Positions 1 through 9,293 of a DNA stretch of 64,000 nt are shown piece after piece. The notes under the pieces are model-generated. The model was given only the letters and a program-made list of their open reading frames with translations. It ran no database searches and was not told the origin of the DNA. The DNA is from Bacteroidia bacterium (GTDB lineage Bacteria > Bacteroidota > Bacteroidia > B-17B0 > Aurantibacillaceae): the NCBI GenBank assembly GCA_016787445.1, contig JAEUTQ010000015.1:769-64768 (forward strand). The letters run 5' to 3'. The translations under genes and the position numbers were made by a program. Position 1 is the stretch's first letter, and each line of letters starts with the position of its first letter.

Positions 1-384
1 TCCGAAGGTGCCGTAACGAAGATGCCCTAATACGAGCTCGCCACAGAAAGGAATATTTTCCTTTTGCCAATCGGCACTTTTGTACTGCTCAGGATTTTTT
101 CGCTGCGCCTGCACAAACAATTCATTTACTTGCGCGAAAATATCTTGTGGAGCCTTTGGTGCGATGGAACGTAAACGATCAAGATAATTTGTGCCCGGTG
201 CAGCATCCAGTTTTATTGTTGCAATACCTGCGCCGTCTTGTCCACGATTAATCATTTTCTCCATGAGCTGGTACATTTTGTGTAAGCCATAACGTGCCGA
301 GCCATACTTTGTTTTGTAATAGGAGATTGGTTTTAATAACCTGATGAGTGCTACACCGCACTCGTGTTTAATTATATCGCTCAT
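1..384 (-). CDS. purF: Amidophosphoribosyltransferase, first 128 codons (gene continues beyond the window start)
   Basis: Not in the ORF track because there is no stop in the window. Hand translation of the reverse strand from ATG at 384-382 gives MSDIIKHECGVALIRLLKPISYYKTKYGSARYGLHKMYQLMEKMINRGQDGAGIATIKL...GELVLGHLRYGTFG. The Ntn-type Cys after a short propeptide and the GHLRY motif fit the long Bacteroidota-type class II glutamine amidotransferase PurF. Confidence 0.7.
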   Translation of the reverse strand, partial: MSDIIKHECGVALIRLLKPISYYKTKYGSARYGLHKMYQLMEKMINRGQDGAGIATIKLDAAPGTNYLDRLRSIAPKAPQDIFAQVNELFVQAQRKNPEQYKSADWQKENIPFCGELVLGHLRYGTFG

Positions 385-606
385 GGAAAAGAAAGTGCAA
401 AGTTATTATTTTGTTAACTTTTAACGCAGTATTTAATTCAACAAGAAACCAACTTTCTCAACATTTAACACGTATTGGTAATTAAAGAGTCAAAGTCTTG
501 AAAAGTGGATTATTTTCGGTAAGCGAAATTACGTTTTTAAGTCACTGACTTTCAATATAATAAATTATTGTTTATTTAAGTAATATTAACTAAATTTGAG
601 GTTTAG

Positions 607-3429
607 ATGCAAAATTCATTTTTTATGATGAAAAGAATACTTCTTTTATCCTTTTTGGCCGTGCTTATCAATGTAGCCAAGTCACAAGTTGTTATCAATG
701 AGATCTGTTATACGAACCCTGGTCTTGCCATTACAGATGGTTATGGTAATGCTTCAGATTACATCGAGTTATACAACGCTACACCTGGATTGCCGGTGAA
801 CATGGCAAACTATTATTTAACCAATGACATAAACAATCTTTATAAGTGGAAAATCCCTTCTACCATCACTATTCCTTCCCTTGGTTTTCAGGTATTTTTT
901 TGTACAGGATTGAACAAAACAGATCCTACCGGATACATACATACTAATTTTAATATTGAACAGTGTAAAAATCAATGGGTCTTATTAACCCGCTCTCCGG
1001 GTGTAATTGTGGATTCGTTTTTTGTACGTCGTACTAAACCGGGTGATAACTGGGGAAGGTATCCGGATTACGTTTCAATTACTAATCAATCTTGGAAATT
1101 ATTAAACGGTGCTAGTACAGCTATCACTTCCTTCTCAACCACAAACGCATTATACCCTGCTGCCAGTGCTTATATCGCGTACGCCCCTGTTCCAACTTTT
1201 TCAACAAATCCAGGCTTTACACCTCCTGCATCCGGACAATATGATTTATACATTGCAGACACAGTCAATTTTCAAATCAACTACACTCAAGGTTTTTGCG
1301 GACAATTGGGAGGTTCCATTCCCTGTACATCATTAACAGGATGTGTTGGAACAACGAGTACTGCAACAACTTATACCTATGTGAATGGAATTGATGTAAT
1401 ACCTGCGGTTGGTATGACCAATGTAATTACTGCTATTACCATTCCCAAAGGCACTTATTCATTAAGTTACTTGCCAAGTTTTGCTGAAACCAATACTTAT
1501 TTCGACGGCGCTGATTTAGGAGGCTCTCCCGGATTTGGCTTACTCTCAACTGTTGTTGATACAATTTTCTTCAGAACAGCTGCTCCTTCAACCATTCATG
1601 TGGAATATTTCGACAAAAATAAATTTTACTCTGAAGCAGGTGGTGGCGCGATCCAACCACCAAATGACGGATGGTTAAATGCTCAACGTGGATTTGATGT
1701 TAGCTTTGATGACAGAACAGGTTACGGTTGCTCTTTGAAAGGAAATGTGTATAACGATGCAACCTTTGGTGTAAGTACACGAACTGTTTTCACCAGCTTT
1801 GAAGTAAGTGCGGCAGGAAAAGATAACTTTTCTGCAAAAACTCCTACTGCTTCTACCAATCCTCCACCAAAAGGAACACACATGCGTGATGCTTTTGCGC
1901 AAACCTATGCCATGAAGTACAAATTAAATCTGGATGGTATGCACTATAAACCTATCCGTACTTTCGTGAATGGTTGTTATTGGGGTATCTATGAATTCCG
2001 CGAAATTCCTGATGAAGAATATTTAGAACATTACTATGGAATTCCAAAAGATTCGAGTGATATTTTACGTCAGCATGTTGTTGGTTCAATATTTAACGGA
2101 TCAGATACAGGATGGGTAAGCACGCCTATGACCGGACCAACAGCTAATAATGATGGATTATTTAACTATGTAAAAACATTCCCGGTATTTAATAATCCAA
2201 GCCCTTATTACAACAACACCATGGCGCGTTTAAGTCAATTTAGCTTCATGGATCATTTTATTTACAATAGCTATTTAGTGAACACCGATTTAACCAGTTT
2301 AAATACTACCTGGTGGAGAAAACGTAATAACGGCTTAACTGCACCAATTGCAGGTGCAGATACTCTCATGAAATGGCGTTACTTTATGTGGGATATGAAT
2401 AATATTTTAGGCTTGCGTGTTGCTCCTTCAACTTATACCATTTCAGGCACCGCTCCTATGATGACATCGCCTTGTATATTTACTTCAACTGTTTTCCCTA
2501 CCAATCCTAACACCTATACAACAGTTACATCCAGCTATACCGGTCATACTTTAATGTTGAACCGTTTGTTACTGAATGCGAAATTCAAGAATGATTATCT
2601 GAATCGTTATCAGGATTTATTAAACACCGTTTTAAGTTGTAATAAAATGCTTGCGCATTACAATTACTTCCGAAACATGTTCAATCCTGAAATTCCTAAT
2701 CATTGCGCATTTCCAAATTGGAATGTACAACAACCGGACTGGGATTTTAACATGGATACTTTACGTGAACGCATCACACAACGTTGTACAAAAGCAGATT
2801 CATTACTCTCTAAATGTTTGAATCTTGCCGGCCCATACACTTTGAATATCGACGTAAAACCTTCAGGTGCGGGAACAGTTGATTTAAACAGTTTACACTT
2901 AACTTCCTTCGTATGGAGTGGGGATTATTATCAAACCAAAACAGCGCCTTATATGTATACTTATTTGGAAGCTTATCCAATTGATACAAGCATTTATGTT
3001 TTCGATCATTGGGAGTTTACAAGCAGTACAAATAGTACAACTGCCGTCCCGGGAGACAAAAACAGTAATAATTATTTATTTAAAGATTCATTATCGTTTG
3101 TTTTAACAGAAGGTGATTTTGTTACAGCCGTTTTTGCGGATAAACGAACCGATGTGATTTTCCCTACCGGATTTACACCAAATGGCGACGGACAAAACGA
3201 AACATTCTCGCCATTAGGTGCTGCTGCACGATTCTCTCAGAATTATGAATTACGCATTTGGAACCGTTGGGGTCAAGAAGTGTTCCGCTCTACCGATTGG
3301 AGTTTAGGATGGGATGGTAATTATAACGGTCAGCTTGCACAGACAGGCGTATATGCATACCTTCTAACATATAAAAATGTACTTGGAGAAGATAAAATAG
3401 TTAAAGGTAACGTAACACTAATAAGGTAA
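607..3429 (+). CDS. Secreted CotH-kinase-family protein with a lamin-tail-like N-terminal domain and a type-B T9SS C-terminal sorting domain
   Basis: 940-aa ORF with signal peptide MKRILLLSFLAVLINVAKSQ. LTD-like segment VVINEICY..DYIELYNAT. CotH-like core HMRDAFAQTYAMKY..FVNGCYWGIYEFREIPDEEYLEHYYG. C-terminus FPTGFTPNGDGQNETF..IWNRWGQEVF..GWDG..GVYAYLL is the gliding-motility-associated (type B) CTD. The true start may be ATG 625/628. Confidence 0.75.
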   Translation: MQNSFFMMKRILLLSFLAVLINVAKSQVVINEICYTNPGLAITDGYGNASDYIELYNATPGLPVNMANYYLTNDINNLYKWKIPSTITIPSLGFQVFFCTGLNKTDPTGYIHTNFNIEQCKNQWVLLTRSPGVIVDSFFVRRTKPGDNWGRYPDYVSITNQSWKLLNGASTAITSFSTTNALYPAASAYIAYAPVPTFSTNPGFTPPASGQYDLYIADTVNFQINYTQGFCGQLGGSIPCTSLTGCVGTTSTATTYTYVNGIDVIPAVGMTNVITAITIPKGTYSLSYLPSFAETNTYFDGADLGGSPGFGLLSTVVDTIFFRTAAPSTIHVEYFDKNKFYSEAGGGAIQPPNDGWLNAQRGFDVSFDDRTGYGCSLKGNVYNDATFGVSTRTVFTSFEVSAAGKDNFSAKTPTASTNPPPKGTHMRDAFAQTYAMKYKLNLDGMHYKPIRTFVNGCYWGIYEFREIPDEEYLEHYYGIPKDSSDILRQHVVGSIFNGSDTGWVSTPMTGPTANNDGLFNYVKTFPVFNNPSPYYNNTMARLSQFSFMDHFIYNSYLVNTDLTSLNTTWWRKRNNGLTAPIAGADTLMKWRYFMWDMNNILGLRVAPSTYTISGTAPMMTSPCIFTSTVFPTNPNTYTTVTSSYTGHTLMLNRLLLNAKFKNDYLNRYQDLLNTVLSCNKMLAHYNYFRNMFNPEIPNHCAFPNWNVQQPDWDFNMDTLRERITQRCTKADSLLSKCLNLAGPYTLNIDVKPSGAGTVDLNSLHLTSFVWSGDYYQTKTAPYMYTYLEAYPIDTSIYVFDHWEFTSSTNSTTAVPGDKNSNNYLFKDSLSFVLTEGDFVTAVFADKRTDVIFPTGFTPNGDGQNETFSPLGAAARFSQNYELRIWNRWGQEVFRSTDWSLGWDGNYNGQLAQTGVYAYLLTYKNVLGEDKIVKGNVTLIR

Positions 3430-3455
3430 TCAGCATTAAGTAGCATTAAATATTT

Positions 3456-4541
3456 ATGAAAAGAATCATTATAATTTCCTGTTTAACACTTTCTGCATTT
3501 ACTTCCAGAGTAAATGCTCAGGATGTGCACATGGCACAAATTCAGGAATCGCCTCTATACATTAATCCTGCCAATACAGGATTCTTTGCCGGATATTACC
3601 GTGTTATTGCAGGTTATCGTAACCAATGGGCATCTATGGGTAGTCCGTATCAAACAATGGCACTTTCAGTTGATGGTGGGTTATTCCGTAATCGTCATAA
3701 GTCGGCCTTTTTAGGAATTGGATTAAACCTTTTTAACGATCGCGCAGGTTCTGCTAATATTCAAAATACGATTGCGAATTTAAATTTAAGCGCTATTCTT
3801 AAATTAAACTCAAAAAGTGCATTCTCTGCCGGAATCTATGGCGGTATTTCAATGAATAACGCTAATTACGCTAAATTAACTTATGCTACTCAGTATAACG
3901 GAACAGAAATTGATCCTACCCGCCCTACCGGCGAAAGTGTAGCTTATCAGTCTTTCACCGCTTCAGATTTGGGTGCAGGTTTAGCGTATGAGTTTATTAC
4001 CGACAAAAAAAGAAATGACCGTGATTACATCACCAGTTTAAGAATCGGTGTGGCGGCGTATCACTTAAACCGTGCTAAACAGGAATTTGGTAACTCACAA
4101 ATTGATCCAAACACAGGTGCACCTTATGCTGAGCCTTACCGTTTACCAACTCGTTATGTTGGTTCGGCCACTTTACGTTATGATGTTCCAAACAGTAAGG
4201 TGACAGTTAATCCAACAGTGATTTACATGATTCAAGGACCGGCCACTGAAATTAACGCTGGTACATTTATTAAGTACCGCTTTAAAAACGGAACTAAAGT
4301 AACCGGTGAAAAAGTTGAGAACTCTTTTGGTGTAGGATTATTTTACCGTGTTAACGATGCTATTATTCCTCAAATCTTATTGGATATGGGTAATTATGCA
4401 ATTGGTTTATCATACGATGCAAACATTTCAGGTTACAGAAAAGCTTCAAGAACTGTTGGAGGATTTGAAATAATGTTACGTTATAACAAATTAGCAGACG
4501 CGTTATTTAATAAACGCAGTGAGTACACTAAGAGAAACTAA
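3456..4541 (+). CDS. PorP/SprF-family type IX secretion system membrane protein
   Basis: 361 aa with a signal peptide, then AQDVHMAQIQESPLYINPANTGFF..YRNQWASMGSPYQTMALSVDG, the characteristic PorP/SprF N-terminal signature. The rest of the protein has beta-barrel-like alternating sequence. It lies 27 nt downstream of a type-B CTD cargo gene. Confidence 0.8.
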   Translation: MKRIIIISCLTLSAFTSRVNAQDVHMAQIQESPLYINPANTGFFAGYYRVIAGYRNQWASMGSPYQTMALSVDGGLFRNRHKSAFLGIGLNLFNDRAGSANIQNTIANLNLSAILKLNSKSAFSAGIYGGISMNNANYAKLTYATQYNGTEIDPTRPTGESVAYQSFTASDLGAGLAYEFITDKKRNDRDYITSLRIGVAAYHLNRAKQEFGNSQIDPNTGAPYAEPYRLPTRYVGSATLRYDVPNSKVTVNPTVIYMIQGPATEINAGTFIKYRFKNGTKVTGEKVENSFGVGLFYRVNDAIIPQILLDMGNYAIGLSYDANISGYRKASRTVGGFEIMLRYNKLADALFNKRSEYTKRN

Positions 4542-4576
4542 CCCCGCCTCTTAGCTTAATTTATTTTTATTGTTTT

Positions 4577-5623
4577 TTGTGTATGAAGAATAAGTCTTCT
4601 TTAATTGTCATTACTGCGCTCTGTGTTTTGTGCGCTGTTTCCTTTTGGTTATATAAAAACAAAACCTCGGGTTCAACTCTTAATAAAGAAGCGCGTGATT
4701 TTGCCGTAACGGATACGGCTGCCATTACAAGAATATTTCTGGCCGATAAGGAAGGTAGAAAAGTAAACTTAGAAAGAAAAAATAACGGATGGATTGTTAA
4801 CGGTAAATATCCGGCCAGAACCGACGCTATCAGTCTGCTATTGTACACCATGAAAATGGTAGATGTAAAATCGCCGGTATCAAAATCAGCACGTGAAGCC
4901 GTGATAAAGCGAATGGCCACCAGTTCCATTAAAGTGGAAATTTATGAAGACGATGAGCTCATCAAACAATATTATGTAGGACATGAAAGCATGGATAATG
5001 ATGGCAGTTATATGATTTTAACCGATCTGAGTTCGGGTGAAAATTATGATGAGCCTTACCTTACCTTCATTCCGGGATTTACTGGTTTTTTAGGACCTAG
5101 ATATATCACAGACGAAACCGATTGGCGCGACCGTATGATACTTAATTACATACCGCCAAACATCAAACAAATTAAAATGGAGCTGGCTGAAAATCCGGAT
5201 TCATCCTTCGTGATTAATCTGAAAAGCACTACACAGTTTGAATTAAATAAATTAAACGGACAACCAATCACTTTCGATGAAACTAAGATGAAACAGTACC
5301 TCGCCTATTTTCAAAATGTGAGTTACGAAAAGCTTTTGACTGAATACAACAAAAAATTGTGCGATTCATTACGCGCTTCCATGCCCTACATAAAACTGAG
5401 TATTACCGATACAAAAAACGAAACCAAAATGTTTAACTTTCACCATAAAAATTCAAGTTTTGAGATTAATAAGAAATATGGCATCGATTACAAATACGAT
5501 CCGGATAGATTTTTCCTGACTTACGATAATAACAAGGAAGTAGCCCTGGTACAATACTATGTATTCGGAAAAATACTGCCCACTTACGCCTATTTCCTCC
5601 CTAAAAACTCTGTTAAAAAGTAG
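4577..5623 (+). CDS. Membrane-anchored hypothetical protein, DUF4340-like
   Basis: 348 aa with an N-terminal anchor SLIVITALCVLCAVSFWLY. The pattern FAVTDTAAITRIFLADKEGRKVNLERKNNGWIVNGKYPARTDAISLLL resembles DUF4340 family proteins. This is a recognition-level call only. Confidence 0.45.
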   Translation: MCMKNKSSLIVITALCVLCAVSFWLYKNKTSGSTLNKEARDFAVTDTAAITRIFLADKEGRKVNLERKNNGWIVNGKYPARTDAISLLLYTMKMVDVKSPVSKSAREAVIKRMATSSIKVEIYEDDELIKQYYVGHESMDNDGSYMILTDLSSGENYDEPYLTFIPGFTGFLGPRYITDETDWRDRMILNYIPPNIKQIKMELAENPDSSFVINLKSTTQFELNKLNGQPITFDETKMKQYLAYFQNVSYEKLLTEYNKKLCDSLRASMPYIKLSITDTKNETKMFNFHHKNSSFEINKKYGIDYKYDPDRFFLTYDNNKEVALVQYYVFGKILPTYAYFLPKNSVKK

Positions 5624-5686
5624 TTCAAAACTAAAGGCACTTTAGACCCCTTATTTTAGAGGTAAACTTAAATTTGTTAGAGAATA

Positions 5687-5712
5687 AACAGGGCTTGCTC
5701 TGTTTGTTTTTT
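5687..5712 (+). terminator. Candidate rho-independent terminator after the 4577-5623 gene
   Basis: aaacaggg-cttg-ctctgttt hairpin followed by gtttttt, 64 nt after the stop codon. Confidence 0.5.
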
Positions 5713-5745
5713 ATTGTATTATTGAATCTATAAAAATAAGAGCAT

Positions 5746-6867
5746 ATGAATTTTGTTGTATCATCTATCACTTTATTAAAACATTTAAAATCTGTTGGAG
5801 GCGTATTAAACACAAACAACACCATTCCTATTTTAGATTGCTTTTTGTTTGAAGTGAGTAATGGCGAATTAACCATCTCCGCTAGCGATATGGAAACTAC
5901 CATTACGACAAGTTTGAAAGTGGAAGCTTCACAAGGTGGAAGTATTGCTATTCCTGCAAAAACATTATTAGATGCTTTATCTAATTTACCGGAACAACCT
6001 ATTTCATTCATCATCGACAACAAAAAATTTTCAGCGAAATTAAAAACTGAAACAGGAGATTATACTTTAACCGGACATAACGGTGAAGAGTATCCTAAAA
6101 TGCCAAAGTTAGATTCACAAACTTCTATCGTTATCAAAAGTGACATACTTGCTTCTGCAATCAATAAAACAATTTTCGCAACAGGTAACGATGATTTACG
6201 TCCTGTTATGAGTGGCGTATATTGTCAGTTTACCGAAACTAATTCCATCTTCGTTGCAACTGATGCTCACAAATTAGTTCGTTATACACGTAATGATGCA
6301 AAAGCCGGTGCTTCTACCTCTTTCATTATGCCAAAAAAACCATTGAATGTTTTAAAAACTTTATTGGCCGGTGTGGATGATGCAGTAAAAGTAGAATTTA
6401 ACAAAACTAACGCTTTGTTCTCTTTTGGAAACATCAACTTAGTTTGTCGTTTAATTGACGGTAAATACCCGAACTACGAAGCTGTAATTCCAAAACAAAA
6501 CCCGAATAAACTTACTATCGATCGTTCATCGTTCTTAGGTGCCATTAAACGCGTGAGTGTTTTCGCTAACAAAGCAACACATCAGGTACGTTTAAAAATA
6601 AACGGAAGTCAGTTAATTGTTTCTGCTGAAGATTTGGATTTCGCGAATGAAGGTCACGAAAGTTTAGTTTGTTCATACATTGGTGAAGACATGGAAATCG
6701 GTTTCAATTCAAAATTTTTGGTTGAAATGGTAAGCAATTTGGAAAGTGATGAAATTACTATTGAAATGAGTGCGCCAAACCGTGCAGGAATTATCGTGCC
6801 GTCACAAAAAGCAAATCCGGGTGAAGATGTTTTAATGTTGGTAATGCCGGTAATGTTGAATAATTAA
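5746..6867 (+). CDS. dnaN: DNA polymerase III beta sliding clamp
   Basis: 373 aa. MNFVVSSITLLKHLKSVGGVLNTNNTIPILDCFLFEVSNGELTISASDMETT plus the three-domain length and C-terminal LMLVMPVML are typical of DnaN. Confidence 0.95.
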   Translation: MNFVVSSITLLKHLKSVGGVLNTNNTIPILDCFLFEVSNGELTISASDMETTITTSLKVEASQGGSIAIPAKTLLDALSNLPEQPISFIIDNKKFSAKLKTETGDYTLTGHNGEEYPKMPKLDSQTSIVIKSDILASAINKTIFATGNDDLRPVMSGVYCQFTETNSIFVATDAHKLVRYTRNDAKAGASTSFIMPKKPLNVLKTLLAGVDDAVKVEFNKTNALFSFGNINLVCRLIDGKYPNYEAVIPKQNPNKLTIDRSSFLGAIKRVSVFANKATHQVRLKINGSQLIVSAEDLDFANEGHESLVCSYIGEDMEIGFNSKFLVEMVSNLESDEITIEMSAPNRAGIIVPSQKANPGEDVLMLVMPVMLNN

Positions 6868-6876
6868 TTTAAACGA

Positions 6877-8019
6877 ATGAACTTTAAAATAAAATTCCTC
6901 TTAAGCCTGTTTCTTCTGACAGGCTTTTTTGTTAACGCACAAACAGGCGTAACTGTTGTTGATAGTATTTATTCCAATGGTATTTACCGTACTTATCGTT
7001 TATACCGACCAACAATTTACACAGGTGCTACATCAGTTCCGTTGATTTTGAATTTACACGGATACACTTCCAATTCCTTTCAGCAACAGATATACGGCAA
7101 TTTTATGCCCATTGCTGATACGGCCAATTTTTTAGTTGTGCATCCTCAGGGAACAAAAGATGGCAGCAATCAACCTTACTGGAATGCGGGCATCAGCACG
7201 ATTGGAGCCAACGATCTTTTGTTTTTAAGTCAACTCATTGATTCTTTAAAAGCAACTTACAACATCGACAACAACTGTGTCTACTCAACTGGTATGAGTA
7301 ATGGTGGCTTTATGAGTAATTATTTAGCGTGTAATCTCAGTAATAAAATTGCAGCCATTGCAGGCGTAACCGGTACCATTTTCACAAACTGGTTTTCGAG
7401 TTGTAATCCGGGCCGACCGGTTCCTGTTATGCATATTCATGGCACTGCCGATCCTACTGTGCCTTATGCTGGAAACAGTACCATGATTGCGGCAGATACA
7501 TTGGTAAAAATGTGGCGCGTTAAAAACAATTGTAATTCGGTGCCTTCGTTTAGTAATGTACCAAACATCAATACAACCGACGGATGTACAGCTGAGCATT
7601 ACATCTACACTGGCGGCAATAGCGGCTCGAGTGTTGAATTTTATAAAATAATAGGTGGCGGACATACCTGGCCGGGCGCGGCGTTTACTACGGGGGTAAC
7701 GAATCAGGATTTTAATGCTTCCGTTCAGATCTGGCGTTTTTTCAGAAAGTATAAATTGAACATGCTCACTTCTGTCAATGAAATTGCTAATTCAAGAAAC
7801 AACATAATCATTTTCCCGAATCCAACTTCAGATTTCATTCAAATAGTAAGTGATGAAAAATTAAACTATGAATTGTTTGATGTAAGCGGAAAAAGAATCT
7901 CCATTAATGAAATTAACGCTAACACCATCGATATTTCTAAATTGGAGAATGGAATTTATTTTCTTTCTCTCTCCAACAACTCTTATAAGGAAGTCAGAAA
8001 AATTGTGAAGGTGAACTAA
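6877..8019 (+). CDS. PHB-depolymerase/LpqC-family esterase with a type-A T9SS C-terminal sorting domain
   Basis: Signal peptide; LILNLHGYTSNS; nucleophile elbow GMSNGGFM; HIHGTADPTVPY. The C-terminal 80 aa (IIFPNPTSDFIQIV..GIYFLSLSNNSYKEVRKIVKV) is a Por secretion tail. Confidence 0.75.
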   Translation: MNFKIKFLLSLFLLTGFFVNAQTGVTVVDSIYSNGIYRTYRLYRPTIYTGATSVPLILNLHGYTSNSFQQQIYGNFMPIADTANFLVVHPQGTKDGSNQPYWNAGISTIGANDLLFLSQLIDSLKATYNIDNNCVYSTGMSNGGFMSNYLACNLSNKIAAIAGVTGTIFTNWFSSCNPGRPVPVMHIHGTADPTVPYAGNSTMIAADTLVKMWRVKNNCNSVPSFSNVPNINTTDGCTAEHYIYTGGNSGSSVEFYKIIGGGHTWPGAAFTTGVTNQDFNASVQIWRFFRKYKLNMLTSVNEIANSRNNIIIFPNPTSDFIQIVSDEKLNYELFDVSGKRISINEINANTIDISKLENGIYFLSLSNNSYKEVRKIVKVN

Positions 8020-8465
8020 ACAAGTTCTTTATACATTGGTATTTCGGGAAGGTATTTTAGTTTATTGCCAAATGTATCTATTACAATTTCCTGTAAGCCA
8101 TTAGTGAGTACCAAATAACGAACGCCCATTACCAAATTATACCGCAAAGCTTGCTCGGCCGTTTGCTCTGTTAATGCCACATCGGGCGACTTACATTCCA
8201 CCAATAAAACGGGTTGCATGTTATTATTAAAAACAACAGCATCGTATCGTCGCCTGGTACCATTTAATTCAATCTCTTTCTCAATGGATAAAAGAGAGGT
8301 AGGAAAATCCTTTGAAGTAATTATATAATTAATAAAATGCTGTCGTACCCACTCTTCAGGTGTAAGAACAATCCATTTCTTTCTGACTTCATCGAACACC
8401 AAGGCCTTTTTCCCTTCGTGCTTTATCTTAACATTAAATGTTGGATATTTTAAACCTGAGTCCAA
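8016..8465 (-). CDS. Type I restriction enzyme HsdR N-terminal (PD-D/ExK-like) domain protein, stand-alone
   Basis: 149 aa. VFDEVRKKWIVLTPEEWVRQHFINYII..IEKEIELNGTRRRYDAVVF..LLVECK matches the small HSDR_N-type family common in Bacteroidota. TTG start. The stop overlaps the convergent esterase stop. Confidence 0.65.
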   Translation of the reverse strand: MDSGLKYPTFNVKIKHEGKKALVFDEVRKKWIVLTPEEWVRQHFINYIITSKDFPTSLLSIEKEIELNGTRRRYDAVVFNNNMQPVLLVECKSPDVALTEQTAEQALRYNLVMGVRYLVLTNGLQEIVIDTFGNKLKYLPEIPMYKELV

Positions 8466-8519
8466 TGAATAATTAAATTTTTATAAATATATTTACATTA
8501 ATACGATTTACAAAGACAT

Positions 8520-9293
8520 ATGAAAAGCAAAGAAGAGATTGTAAATAATTGGTTGCCTCGTTACACAGGTGTGCCTTTAGAAGAGTTTGGTCAATATATT
8601 TTATTGGTAAACTTCAGTAATTACGTGCATATGTTTGCACAAATGAATAATGTGGAAGTACGCGGACTAGACCGACCGATGAGCAGTGCCACAGCCAATA
8701 ACATCACTATCATTAATTTTGGAATGGGAAGCGCGAGTGCAGCAACTATAATGGATTTATTGAGTGCCATACAACCTAAAGCCGTTTTGTTTTTAGGCAA
8801 ATGCGGCGGACTCAAAAAGAAAAATCAAATAGGTGATTTAATATTACCGATTGCTGCGATACGAGGAGAAGGAACCAGTGATGATTATTTTCCGAGCGAA
8901 GTACCTGCCCTACCTTCCTTTAATTTACAAAAAGCTATTTCGTACACTATTCGTATCAGTGATCGTGATTATTGGACAGGAACAGTGTATACCACTAACC
9001 GCCGTGTTTGGGAGCACGACGATAATTTCAAAGAATATTTGCGTCAATTAAGAGCAATGGCGATTGATATGGAAACCGCTACCATTTTCACCGTTGGTTT
9101 TCATAATGAAATTCCTACAGGGGCACTCTTATTGGTAACCGACCAACCCATGATTCCGGAAGGTGTTAAAACCGAATTAAGTGATAAAAAAGTAACCGAC
9201 GGATTCGTGAACGAACATTTGCGCATTGGCATCGAATCACTAAAAGAATTACAAAACAAAGGTATCTCTGTAAAACATTTACGATTTGAGTAA
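8520..9293 (+). CDS. amn: AMP nucleosidase (short Bacteroidota form)
   Basis: 257 aa. EEIVNNWLPRYTG..INFGMGSASAATIMDLLSAIQPKAVLFLGKCGGL..LPIAAIRGEGTSDDY..AMAIDMETATIF is the PNP/UDP-1 fold nucleosidase signature. Confidence 0.85.
   Translation: MKSKEEIVNNWLPRYTGVPLEEFGQYILLVNFSNYVHMFAQMNNVEVRGLDRPMSSATANNITIINFGMGSASAATIMDLLSAIQPKAVLFLGKCGGLKKKNQIGDLILPIAAIRGEGTSDDYFPSEVPALPSFNLQKAISYTIRISDRDYWTGTVYTTNRRVWEHDDNFKEYLRQLRAMAIDMETATIFTVGFHNEIPTGALLLVTDQPMIPEGVKTELSDKKVTDGFVNEHLRIGIESLKELQNKGISVKHLRFE

Noticed and set aside
385-5745. A replication origin near dnaN, indicated by DnaA-box clusters
   Set aside because: There are only isolated near-matches to TTATCCACA (for example agtggatta near 505) and no cluster in either the 385-606 or the 5624-5745 spacer.
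8016-8465. A restriction-modification system, suggested by the HsdR N-terminal domain protein
   Set aside because: It is a 149-aa stand-alone nuclease-like domain. No HsdM, HsdS or helicase part of HsdR is nearby. The family is common as an isolated housekeeping-context gene in Bacteroidota.
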